Source: Candidatus Dojkabacteria bacterium (GTDB lineage: Bacteria; Patescibacteriota; Dojkabacteria; JAOAGR01). From it: a stretch of 64,000 nucleotides of DNA. A program made the translations under genes and the position numbers. Below the pieces are notes generated by a model. It ran no database searches, had not been told where the DNA came from, and saw only the letters and a list, made by a program, of their open reading frames with translations. Shown here piece by piece: positions 19,306 to 28,303 of this stretch; position 1 is the first letter of the stretch, and every line of letters starts with the position of its first letter. The stretch is from the NCBI GenBank assembly GCA_026415655.1, contig JAOAGR010000002.1, positions 64,094-128,093 on the forward strand. The letters run 5' to 3'.

Positions 19306-19567
19306 TAACTCTAGGTACTTGGATATATGTACCTTTCATTTGAGGGAATAACTTACTGGATATGGGTCTGTCTTCTCTGAGCTTTGGTAGTCTTACGCGC
19401 TTTCTGTCCAAATCAGAGTTATGTTGATTTAATTTAAAGTTTTTTATCTTATCAAACATGTTTAAAATATTGTTGATGTCAGCTGTGTAGCGTTTAACAT
19501 CGGTAACTCGAATCTTTACTGCATTTAATATCTGATTAAGTTTATTTATATCTATATTTTCTTTCAT
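19295..19567 (-). CDS. gatC: Asp/Glu-tRNA amidotransferase subunit C
   Basis: About 90 aa; DINNILNMFDKI, LRED and YIQVPRVI motifs. Confidence 0.75.
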   Translation of the reverse strand: MKENIDINKLNQILNAVKIRVTDVKRYTADINNILNMFDKIKNFKLNQHNSDLDRKRVRLPKLREDRPISSKLFPQMKGTYIQVPRVIKK

Positions 19568-20817
19568 ACCTGATATGAATCTGGACTTAATGCCTTTATG
19601 TAGTATATCATTTCTAGAGTACCTAGGTTAGTCTCGGCTTCGCAAATAAATACATAAATTGGATGGATGTATTTCGTATTGGTTATGTCTTCGTAAAAAT
19701 CCAATCTAACACGAAAGACGCCAATAGTTTTTATTTCTTTCAAGTCATCAGAATTTATCTCTGTGTTTGTTTGTTTATTTTTGATTGCAACAACGTATTT
19801 ATCAAAATTTTTTACTAAATCATCATATGCAGCACGTGGCACGATGATACGATAAGTTTGTACATCTTTACTATCTGATTTTATGTCTGATTCATTAATA
19901 GGCCAATTGTGATAGTACATTTCCACGAGATTTGTAGTTATATCTGTACTGTTATTGACTTGTGAAAGAGTAGTAAGCACCAAATAATTTGTACCACCAT
20001 AATAATCCGTATACGCTGCTAAAGCTGGAGCAGGTTTTTCCAAGGCGAGTTTGCTATTAGTTTGATATTTACGTATTGCAGTGATACGATAAAAAACAGT
20101 CTTATTGCTATTTACATCACTATTTAAAATAAATTTTTGAGTTTTCTCATCCCAGATTACAGTATTTACGACAAAGTTATATTCATCTAATTTTTGAGAT
20201 ATGCCTGATTTTGCAAGATAAGCTTCGAATAGACTTTTTAGATTTTCAGATCGTGTTGTATTTGTACCTTCTGTAACAAGAAAACTATCAGGATTTGAGG
20301 TAAATTTATCCCTTAGTTCGTAATTTTTATATCTAATAACAGAATACTTGCCATCTACGTACAATTCTATGTTATCTTTTCTCCATCTGTAGACACTATT
20401 TCCATCAATCAGAGTTTGAGTGCCATCTGATATTTTGAGGTTTTCGGCAATTCGTATGGGTAGAGTTGATGTGTTGATATCTTCTGCTTTTTGTTCGATA
20501 AGAAAGACATTTGCCAAAGCACCAACCTCATATTCTTTTGGATATTGATTGTCTGCGTCAAGATTACCACTTATTGTGTTTATTGAAAAACGTGGGGTAG
20601 AGTTTTTTATCTCAGAAGGTAATTGTAAATATCTTATTTGTATGTTGTTAAGTGGACCAAAACCATACTCAGGTTTATTATCTAGCACTGTTTCGTTGAC
20701 ACGAGTAAATCTTGTGACGATAGTATAATAGGTCAAAAAACCACAACCTATAAATAGTAATATAGATAATGCTACAAAAATCCTTTTCGTGATAAATATG
20801 CTTTTATACAGGGTCAT
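19564..20817 (-). CDS. Hypothetical membrane-anchored extracellular protein
   Basis: N-terminal TM helix; C-terminal YIHPIYVF motif. Confidence 0.75.
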   Translation of the reverse strand: MTLYKSIFITKRIFVALSILLFIGCGFLTYYTIVTRFTRVNETVLDNKPEYGFGPLNNIQIRYLQLPSEIKNSTPRFSINTISGNLDADNQYPKEYEVGALANVFLIEQKAEDINTSTLPIRIAENLKISDGTQTLIDGNSVYRWRKDNIELYVDGKYSVIRYKNYELRDKFTSNPDSFLVTEGTNTTRSENLKSLFEAYLAKSGISQKLDEYNFVVNTVIWDEKTQKFILNSDVNSNKTVFYRITAIRKYQTNSKLALEKPAPALAAYTDYYGGTNYLVLTTLSQVNNSTDITTNLVEMYYHNWPINESDIKSDSKDVQTYRIIVPRAAYDDLVKNFDKYVVAIKNKQTNTEINSDDLKEIKTIGVFRVRLDFYEDITNTKYIHPIYVFICEAETNLGTLEMIYYIKALSPDSYQV

Positions 20818-20911
20818 AAATTTATTTTAGCATAAAGAAATAAGAGTACTTTTGTAAAGATTTTTTGAATCTTCGTAATTAGTATTATATTATCATAGTT
20901 AGTTTTTGATA

Positions 20912-22585
20912 ATGAGGTTAAAGGATAGATTAAAAAAAGGTATACCTGATAAGCAAGACGATAAGATGTTTGGTCACAACCAGCCTGTTAAAGTAGTTGA
21001 AATAGCGAAAAAGAATAACAACTTAGATTCTTCTGTGTTTGATACATCAGATAAGGTTCATGACAAAGAGATAAGTATTAATATTCGAGGAAAATCAACA
21101 AGGGTAGATTCATCGAAAAATAAAGGGAGAAATAGAAAAAGGTATATATTTAGAATCATTGCGCTGTTTATAATATTGGCTGTTCTCTCAGTACTTTTTT
21201 ATTATATAAACACTATATTTGTAACGTTGAACAAGTCAGGTATATCTATTAGTCCAACTGATAGTATTGGTATATTGTTCAATCTTGCGAACCAACAAAA
21301 GGTGGATGTCTTAAAAGATATAAAGCAAACTGATGGAAAAACTAACTTTTTGTTAATTGGGGTAGATGCTAGGAAAGGCTTCAGTTCTTTGTTAACTGAT
21401 TCTATTATGATATTTTCTTATGATCACAGTACAAATTCTGTTTTACAGATATCCCTACCACGAGATCTTCGAGCGAAGTATGGTTCTGGATTTACAAAGA
21501 TAAACTCTGTGTTTCCATTTTCATACAGTAACGAGTTATCCAGATCTGCTGATGTTAATAAGGCATATGAAAAAGCATTTGAAAATCTTTCTATTTCAAT
21601 AAAAGATATAACAGGTCTAGAGATTCACTATGGGATGTTGATAAATTTTCGAGGGTTTGTTGATTTTATTGATTCTATTGGTGGGGTAGAGATATTTGTT
21701 GAGAGATCGTTTACAGATTATGATTACCCTTCACCTTATGGAGATGGGACTATTACTATTTATTTTAACCAAGGATGGCAAAAAATGGATGGAGAAAGGG
21801 CTCTCATCTATGCACGCTCACGCAAAGGTGATAATGGTGAGGGCTCGGATTACCAAAGAGCCAGAAGGCAACAAAAGGTTGTCCAAGCGGTAATAGATAA
21901 AATTAGAAAAAATGACATTTTTTCTAATATAAATGCTATAAATGATATATTAAATATTTTCGGCGATAACATAAGATTTTATCAGGTAGATAAGACTTTG
22001 CTTGAAAAAGCATTTTCTGCGAAGGATCTTTTAATAAATGTATTTATTGAAAGTATAGTAATCGATCCAGATATCGGTAGTTTTCCTGGACAAGTGTTAA
22101 AAACGAGTACCGATGATATTATTGGTTTTCATGTATATCCAGTATCTGGAGATTATAAAGATGTAAGATATATTATTCGTTTTTTCCAATCAAATTCAGG
22201 TTTGCTTAGAGAAAATCCCAAGATAACTCTCATTTATAATGATAATAAACTTGTAAATGATTATTTAAAAATCAAACAAAATTTGTTTTCTAAATTTATA
22301 AAGTTTGATTTTTTTGATTATCCTGTTAAAACCAAGTTAGAAGATTTTACTACAGAAACAGATAATACTTTGACTCAATCACCATCAATTGTTGATAACG
22401 GTGGCGTTCAGTACTCCTCGGATTTGTATTTTATATACAAAAAAAATACGGATAAAACGAAAACAATAGAAGTATATCGTAAGCTTTTGGATGAGATGAA
22501 TCTAGATTATCAAATCATTCAGTCTGGTGAATTTCCTGATACTTATTTAGATTCTGATGTTGTGATCTGTTATTGTTCAATGTAA
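20912..22585 (+). CDS. LCP (LytR-CpsA-Psr) family cell-envelope phosphotransferase
   Basis: TNFLLIGVD, TDSIMI, ISLPRD, KINS, AL.YARSR and SDYQRARRQQ motifs. Confidence 0.93.
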   Translation: MRLKDRLKKGIPDKQDDKMFGHNQPVKVVEIAKKNNNLDSSVFDTSDKVHDKEISINIRGKSTRVDSSKNKGRNRKRYIFRIIALFIILAVLSVLFYYINTIFVTLNKSGISISPTDSIGILFNLANQQKVDVLKDIKQTDGKTNFLLIGVDARKGFSSLLTDSIMIFSYDHSTNSVLQISLPRDLRAKYGSGFTKINSVFPFSYSNELSRSADVNKAYEKAFENLSISIKDITGLEIHYGMLINFRGFVDFIDSIGGVEIFVERSFTDYDYPSPYGDGTITIYFNQGWQKMDGERALIYARSRKGDNGEGSDYQRARRQQKVVQAVIDKIRKNDIFSNINAINDILNIFGDNIRFYQVDKTLLEKAFSAKDLLINVFIESIVIDPDIGSFPGQVLKTSTDDIIGFHVYPVSGDYKDVRYIIRFFQSNSGLLRENPKITLIYNDNKLVNDYLKIKQNLFSKFIKFDFFDYPVKTKLEDFTTETDNTLTQSPSIVDNGGVQYSSDLYFIYKKNTDKTKTIEVYRKLLDEMNLDYQIIQSGEFPDTYLDSDVVICYCSM

Positions 22586-22637
22586 ATATTACGTTGTTAA
22601 TATTTTTATTTGATTTTGCTAATATGAAATAAAATAT

Positions 22638-23867
22638 ATGAGAATAAAATCCGTCAAAGCTAGACAAATACTAAATTCAAAAGGTCATCCTACACTTGAA
22701 GTCGAGATATCGACTAATAGATATACAGCATATTCATCTGTACCTACTGTATCGTCTAAAAGCAAGTATGAATATGTGGATATATATGATCATGATGTGC
22801 TCAAATTTGATGGTGATACACTTTCAGTAGTTGTAAGGAATATAGAAACGGTTGTTGCAAATGAATTGAAAGGTAAAAATGTACTGGATCAGGAGAGTAT
22901 AGATAATTTACTTTTGGATATAGATGCTACATATGATAGAAGCAAACTGGGTATAAGTGCTATTACATCAATATCTCAATGTGTAGCGAAACTTGGTGCG
23001 TTAGAATCAGAGATGCCTCTTTATAAATATATACGCGTTTTGTACGAGTTTGGTGATGAAAGTGTGATAAAACTTCATTCTGAATATAATATGCCATTGC
23101 CTGTTATCACTATACTCAAAAGCGGTGCTCATAACAGACAAAATAGTCTGCCTTTTCAGGAGATAATGCTTCTACCACGTAGTGATTTTCGTTATAGTGA
23201 AATAATTGATGTCTATAATGCTCTTAGAAGTCTTGATCTTATTGATAAACCTAAGTCATTTCTTGAACTACTGGATAGCGTTAATAAATTTATCAAAAAG
23301 TCAAAGTATAGATTTTATTTTGGGATAGATTTTAGCGCTTCTAGATATAAAGACACTGATACTGGCGAGTACATCCTACCAAATTTTTACTCAAAAGGTG
23401 AATTTTATAGAGCTGATACAAAAAAGATGGTGAAGCTTTATAAAGATTTGTTAGGTCGTTATGAGGCATTAGTTTTTTTGGAGGATGTATTTGATGAAGA
23501 TGATTTTGCATCGTGGAAAGAGACCCATAATCTGATAGAGTATAATCCGTCAGCGGTACAAATAGTCTCAGATGACCTAACAGCAGGCAATATAGAAAGA
23601 CTAGAAAAGGTTGGTATATTAGAGGTTGCTAATAATATAGTGCTGAAGCCAACACAGGTAGGTACAGTAACCGAAATGATAAGATTTGCATCGCGAGTGA
23701 AAAGATATAATCTTGGTCTCACAGTATCTTATCGAAGTGGAGAAACAGAGGATACATTTATATCAGATTTAGCGGTAGGAGTAGGAGCGGAGTTTATAAG
23801 GGTAGGATCTTATATAGGAAGTGAGTGTAATAGTAAAATAAATAGATTGTTGCAGATGGATGTATAA
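22638..23867 (+). CDS. Enolase-like protein, degenerate active site
   Basis: ARQILNSKGHPTLEVE, QEIM, IDFSAS, LED, SDD, LKPTQVGT and SYRSGETED present; GASTG, DEGG and QIKTG motifs altered or absent. Confidence 0.85.
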   Translation: MRIKSVKARQILNSKGHPTLEVEISTNRYTAYSSVPTVSSKSKYEYVDIYDHDVLKFDGDTLSVVVRNIETVVANELKGKNVLDQESIDNLLLDIDATYDRSKLGISAITSISQCVAKLGALESEMPLYKYIRVLYEFGDESVIKLHSEYNMPLPVITILKSGAHNRQNSLPFQEIMLLPRSDFRYSEIIDVYNALRSLDLIDKPKSFLELLDSVNKFIKKSKYRFYFGIDFSASRYKDTDTGEYILPNFYSKGEFYRADTKKMVKLYKDLLGRYEALVFLEDVFDEDDFASWKETHNLIEYNPSAVQIVSDDLTAGNIERLEKVGILEVANNIVLKPTQVGTVTEMIRFASRVKRYNLGLTVSYRSGETEDTFISDLAVGVGAEFIRVGSYIGSECNSKINRLLQMDV

Positions 23868-24368
23868 GTTCTATTAACTTGAACTAACTCATTCATGGAT
23901 ACAAAAGAAGAACCATTCTGAAAAGACTAAACAAGCAGATATATACAATGGTATGCAAGTACTAGTAATACAATCGAATACAAGATGAGACAATCGACAG
24001 AATAACAGATACAAAAGAGATCCAAAACATATGTATGTTATTTTACTTTGTTTCTTAATATTTATATGAATCTATTTTGCTGTTTGTCCATTTTTTATGG
24101 AAACTGAACAAAGTACATTTTAAGCGTTTTGTTATGAAAGGTGCTAGTTATAAAGAACTTATCTTTAGGGTGAATATAAATCACACTTTGGCATTTAACA
24201 TGAGTATGTTAATTTAGTATTTAGTCTTTTTGTAGGGAATTTGTTGGAATAGTTAAAATAGATATCCTGAACCTCTATGGGTTGTATAAATATTGAGATA
24301 CAATTATACCTTATAAAGATTAATATATAAAGTATATAATGTCTATGCTATTTACGTACATATTAGGA

Positions 24369-24396
24369 TTGACATATTGATAATCTTTGATATAAT
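24369..24396 (+). promoter_or_regulatory. Consensus sigma70 promoter for the lipoprotein gene at 24406
   Basis: TTGACA (24369-24374), 16-nt spacer, TATAAT (24391-24396), then 9 nt to ATG. Confidence 0.75.
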
Positions 24397-24405
24397 TTAT
24401 GAGTT

Positions 24406-24771
24406 ATGGGATTATCGAATTGCCTAATCCCAAGAAATATAATTAAATCATTACTTACTGTTGCATGCGTAGGTGTTTTATCCTTAAGTGGATGTGGTGG
24501 TCCTGACATGTCTAAGCCAAATGGTCCACAAAATAATGGTGGTGTTCAGCGACCTGTACCTACTCTGACTGCAGACGAAATAATTCGAATGTTAGAAACA
24601 GATCCCACATTTGCAGAGCGTGTTCTATGTGAGGTTGATAAAAAGCAGTCAAATGTCCTACATTGTAAGGATCCAAAGACTAATACCGAATTTACTGTGG
24701 TGGGGTTGTATGCTGGCGAGAATGGGCGCGTGGGACCGATAGACTTTAAACCATCAACACCAGGTCGGTAA
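24406..24771 (+). CDS. Putative lipoprotein
   Basis: Hydrophobic signal ending in lipobox LSGC; Pro/Gly/Asn linker; two-Cys domain. Confidence 0.7.
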   Translation: MGLSNCLIPRNIIKSLLTVACVGVLSLSGCGGPDMSKPNGPQNNGGVQRPVPTLTADEIIRMLETDPTFAERVLCEVDKKQSNVLHCKDPKTNTEFTVVGLYAGENGRVGPIDFKPSTPGR

Positions 24772-25093
24772 TAAAATATATAGATAGTATTACCTTTTTA
24801 ATTTTTATTTGATAAAATTTATTTGTTTTCTTAGTATGTTGATATAAGTATGATTTTGTTAAACATTAAATACTTAAATGAATTTAATATTTGATATATA
24901 AGAAGCAGAATCTTAAAATAGTTACAAATTAATTTTTGCACATATTTTGTCAGAATTACATTTTTTGTGTGGTGCAAATAAGCATGGATTTGTATACATA
25001 TAAGACCGACAAACACCTTTATATTAAAAGTAGAGATACTTATCTCATGGCATAAGAATATTTAATTCTTATATAATTGTACTATAACAAATT

Positions 25094-25353
25094 GTGGTAT
25101 CATATCGGCGTACCGAAAAAGTTATTCAACATTTTTCTATTGCAGCATTGTTTCTTTTATTATCGGCATGTGGTGGTATGAATGAACAAAATAGTAGTAA
25201 TAGGGCTGTTGTGGTGGATACAAAAAGTTCAATAGCGACGGAGTGCGAAACAGTTTATCAGGGTGGACAGAGGTGTTACGATGTATGTTGCCCAATGGTA
25301 ATAAGGTTAATTATACACTTTGGGTTACTCAAGGTCACAGTACTGGTAAATAA
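25094..25353 (+). pseudogene. Frameshifted lipoprotein, probable paralog of 24406..24771
   Basis: Lipobox LSAC; after about 25268 the -1 frame reads EVLRCMLPNGNKVNYTLWVTQGHSTGK* (TAA 25351-25353). Confidence 0.55.
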
Positions 25354-25524
25354 TATATATTTTTGTTATTTTAGAAGGAATATACTCAATTTTACAGAGA
25401 GTTGATGCAGTTATATGTTAGTACTGAGGTATTACATACAATTACGATAGAAAATCATTATAAATTTGATACATTACACGTAAATTATTGACGGAATTAT
25501 GTATAGAATGTAAAATTCCTAATT

Positions 25525-25923
25525 ATGCTTATTAAAAAGGTAAACAAGATAAATTTAAGAAGAAATGTTATTATAATTAGTTTTATTTCTCTTTTTTTGG
25601 GTATTTCCATAATCAGTCTATTGAATAATAACTCCCAGACATTAGCTATGATGTCAAATCCGGTTGATAATAGAAAGCCTATTCCATCACCTACACATAC
25701 GTCAAGACCATCACCTACACCCACTCCAACGTCTAAGCCAACCCCGACATTTAGACCGAATGTTGTAAAACCTACTATTGTAAAGCCCACAACCGCAAGG
25801 CCTACGCCTAAACCCTCGCCAAGACCGACGCGTAAACCTTACCGTACGAGTGATATATTTATGGATACTAAAGATGCAAAGATTGCGAAAATCACTGTAA
25901 ATAATACAAATATTGTAATATAG
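25525..25923 (+). CDS. Membrane-anchored Pro/Thr-rich protein (possibly truncated)
   Basis: TM helix followed by a PSPTPTPTSKPTPT linker and only about 25 further residues. Confidence 0.65.
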   Translation: MLIKKVNKINLRRNVIIISFISLFLGISIISLLNNNSQTLAMMSNPVDNRKPIPSPTHTSRPSPTPTPTSKPTPTFRPNVVKPTIVKPTTARPTPKPSPRPTRKPYRTSDIFMDTKDAKIAKITVNNTNIVI

Positions 25924-26391
25924 TTTTATATAACAATTTTCTTGTTTTGATAACATTAATAATAATTTTGTAATTAGTTAAGTTTTAAAGATTTATCGGG
26001 AGCTTTTGTGCAGATAGTGTACAAATAGTAAATTATAGATTCACAAGTAGAGAATCAATATGTGTTATTAGCAGCGTAAATAGGTACACATTTAGTGATA
26101 AAAATTTTTATCTTTGTCTATATAGAGTATATTTTGTTACATAATCTTCTTTTTATTTGTTATTTTGAGAGAAATGAAAAATAGTCCAAATGATAAAGTC
26201 GTGAGAATTCATATAAGAAAATATTTTCTAAATCATGTTGTTATTTGTATTCAATCTAATAATTTATTACATTTTTTAGGTTGACAATGCTAGAAAAATA
26301 CGTAATATAAAATTCCCATTTGATTTTTTTCAGATGTTTATTTTTATTAATTTTTATTTTACTAGATGTAGTGAAATTTAAGACAATATAT

Positions 26392-27495
26392 TCATGTTAT
26401 ATACGGAAGTAAGAAGTTAATTATACCCTGTACACTAACAAAAATAATCACAAATGCAAATGTATATTTGAGTATATCAAATATATCTTTTGGCAGTTTT
26501 GATATATATCCTGTTGCGATGCCATAAAAGCTTATGATTGGCACCGTACCTAAAATAAATGATAATAGTATCAGTGTACTTTCTATGAAATTTGCCTTTT
26601 GTATAGCTTCTAGTTGGGCTGTTAGACTAAATGCGCATGGTATAAATAATGTTGATAATCCAAGAGAAAATGATTCTAGATTGAATTTTTTTAAAATATT
26701 GTTTGTCTTTATTTGTATTTGAGATAAGTTTATATTTGGCAAGCTTATATTTTTTGATATTTTTGAAGTCAAACTAAAATCGATTAATTTGAAAGAAAAA
26801 AGATTTAATACATCAAGGCTCAATAAAATCATGATGATGTAGACAGCAATTGAGACAATATTATAAATATTTATATCTAATCTTATAATACCGCCAAAAT
26901 ACCCAAATATTATCCCTATTATTATTGCACCTAGTATACGCGCCAGATTAAAATTGATAATTGTGTATATTGTTTGTGTTTTTGGTTTTTCGGAGATTTG
27001 TTTGTTTATAAGACTTATCAAAACCCCACCTACTGTTGATGAACATGTAGATATTGATGCGATGATACCTAAGACAAAAAATCCTAAGTAACCAAGTTGA
27101 GTCACATCAAAGTTTAATGACCCACTTATGAACTTATTCAAAAAATGTATCAATAACCCAATAAATAATGCCAAAAAAAAGCTTATTATATAAATAATAT
27201 TTTTTTTGTTTAAAGATTTATCCGGCTTATTTGTCAGTATTTTGTATCCATTTGTGGCTATCTCTTCATTTAGTTTGTCGATTATCTCATCTATAGATCT
27301 TTTAGTATTTGAAATTTTTATTTTTAATTCACCGGTTTTATAATTTAACCTTTCTGTTTCTATATCATCTTGGGATTTTAGTTTTCTTTTTATGAAACTT
27401 TCACAAGCGTGACAATGCATACCCTCAACATATAAAGTAAATTCCTGATTTTCCTTTGAGTCTTTTTGATCAGATTTACGTTTTTTCCTATTCAT
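26392..27495 (-). CDS. HMA-domain + DsbD_2/TauE-like membrane protein (heavy-metal associated)
   Basis: GMHCHAC, ASISTC...GG, FIPCAFS and FILGTVP motifs. Confidence 0.85.
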   Translation of the reverse strand: MNRKKRKSDQKDSKENQEFTLYVEGMHCHACESFIKRKLKSQDDIETERLNYKTGELKIKISNTKRSIDEIIDKLNEEIATNGYKILTNKPDKSLNKKNIIYIISFFLALFIGLLIHFLNKFISGSLNFDVTQLGYLGFFVLGIIASISTCSSTVGGVLISLINKQISEKPKTQTIYTIINFNLARILGAIIIGIIFGYFGGIIRLDINIYNIVSIAVYIIMILLSLDVLNLFSFKLIDFSLTSKISKNISLPNINLSQIQIKTNNILKKFNLESFSLGLSTLFIPCAFSLTAQLEAIQKANFIESTLILLSFILGTVPIISFYGIATGYISKLPKDIFDILKYTFAFVIIFVSVQGIINFLLPYIT

Positions 27496-27513
27496 AGGAT
27501 AAATTTACAATTT

Positions 27514-28242
27514 TTATATCCATCCTAATATTATACGGTTTACTACATCTTGTAAACTGCGCATAATAGGAATTACTTTTCTAAAGTGCATTCTTTTAGG
27601 TCCTAGTACAGCGGCAACAATTCTTTCCTTTGCCATTAGTGTGAGTTCGGTGTAGACTATAGAACACTCATAAAGCATTTTTTCATTGGATTCTTCGCCG
27701 ATAATTACTTTGACCCTTGAATCGGTATAATTACGGTTAAACACATTAGAAAGCATATTGTAATCATCAAAACTTATTAATATATTTTTGAAAACATCAC
27801 GATCACTAAATTCTTGGTAGTCAATAAGATTATAAAGTCCAGCATAATGTATACCTTCTTCGGATAGTACGATTGATGCGTATTTTGTAATGTCTGCAAG
27901 TACCGCACATAATGCTCTCATCAATTTTTTATTGTTTATCTTATGTTTTTGAAGCTCTCGGGCAATTAAAATCTCCGTCATATAATCAATTGGTTCTTCC
28001 AGCATCAGATCAGAAATATATTTTCTATATCCAAGAACTGTTGGTATGCGCCCAGATGAAGAGTGGGACTTAGAAATATATCCTTCATCAGCTAGTTTTA
28101 CCATTTCATAGCGTATTGTGGCTGGTGATACATCAAGATTGTATTTGTACGAGATAAGATTAGATCCAACCGGTGTGGCGGTTTCTATAAATTCGGTTAC
28201 TATTGCATAAAGAATGGCTTTTTGTCTCTCAGTAAGATCCAT
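27514..28242 (-). CDS. hrcA: Heat-inducible transcription repressor HrcA (short form)
   Basis: LTERQ..IL.AIV.EFI.TA.PVGS, SPATIRYEM, HSSSGRIPT..GYR and LGPKRM motifs. Confidence 0.95.
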   Translation of the reverse strand: MDLTERQKAILYAIVTEFIETATPVGSNLISYKYNLDVSPATIRYEMVKLADEGYISKSHSSSGRIPTVLGYRKYISDLMLEEPIDYMTEILIARELQKHKINNKKLMRALCAVLADITKYASIVLSEEGIHYAGLYNLIDYQEFSDRDVFKNILISFDDYNMLSNVFNRNYTDSRVKVIIGEESNEKMLYECSIVYTELTLMAKERIVAAVLGPKRMHFRKVIPIMRSLQDVVNRIILGWI

Positions 28243-28251
28243 AATTTTATT

Positions 28252-28278
28252 TTAGCAGAGTAAAAAAGTAGATGCTAG
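28252..28278. promoter_or_regulatory. Degenerate CIRCE-like operator overlapping the hrcA -10 box
   Basis: TTAGCAGAG-N9-AGATGCTAG versus consensus TTAGCACTC-N9-GAGTGCTAA. Confidence 0.65.
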
Positions 28279-28303
28279 TTATTATCACTATCTGTGTATT
28301 TGA

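Noticed and set aside
23890-24035. A-rich stretch with short repeats (GATACAAAAGA, ACAATCGA) as a possible array or small gene
   Set aside because: Repeats are short and irregular; only a 22-codon minus-strand ORF; most likely decayed sequence
11176-24213. Identical 14-mer ATGAGTATGTTAAT in two orphan-islet spacers (11176-11189 and 24200-24213)
   Set aside because: AT-rich, similarity does not extend, and chance occurrence is plausible in 64 kb
26097-26112. Perfect 16-bp palindrome GATAAAAATTTTTATC
   Set aside because: Mostly A/T homopolymer, not positioned at a gene start, and no second copy noticed
26281-26311. TTGACA promoter pointing antisense into the HMA gene
   Set aside because: No well-spaced consensus -10 and no downstream ORF
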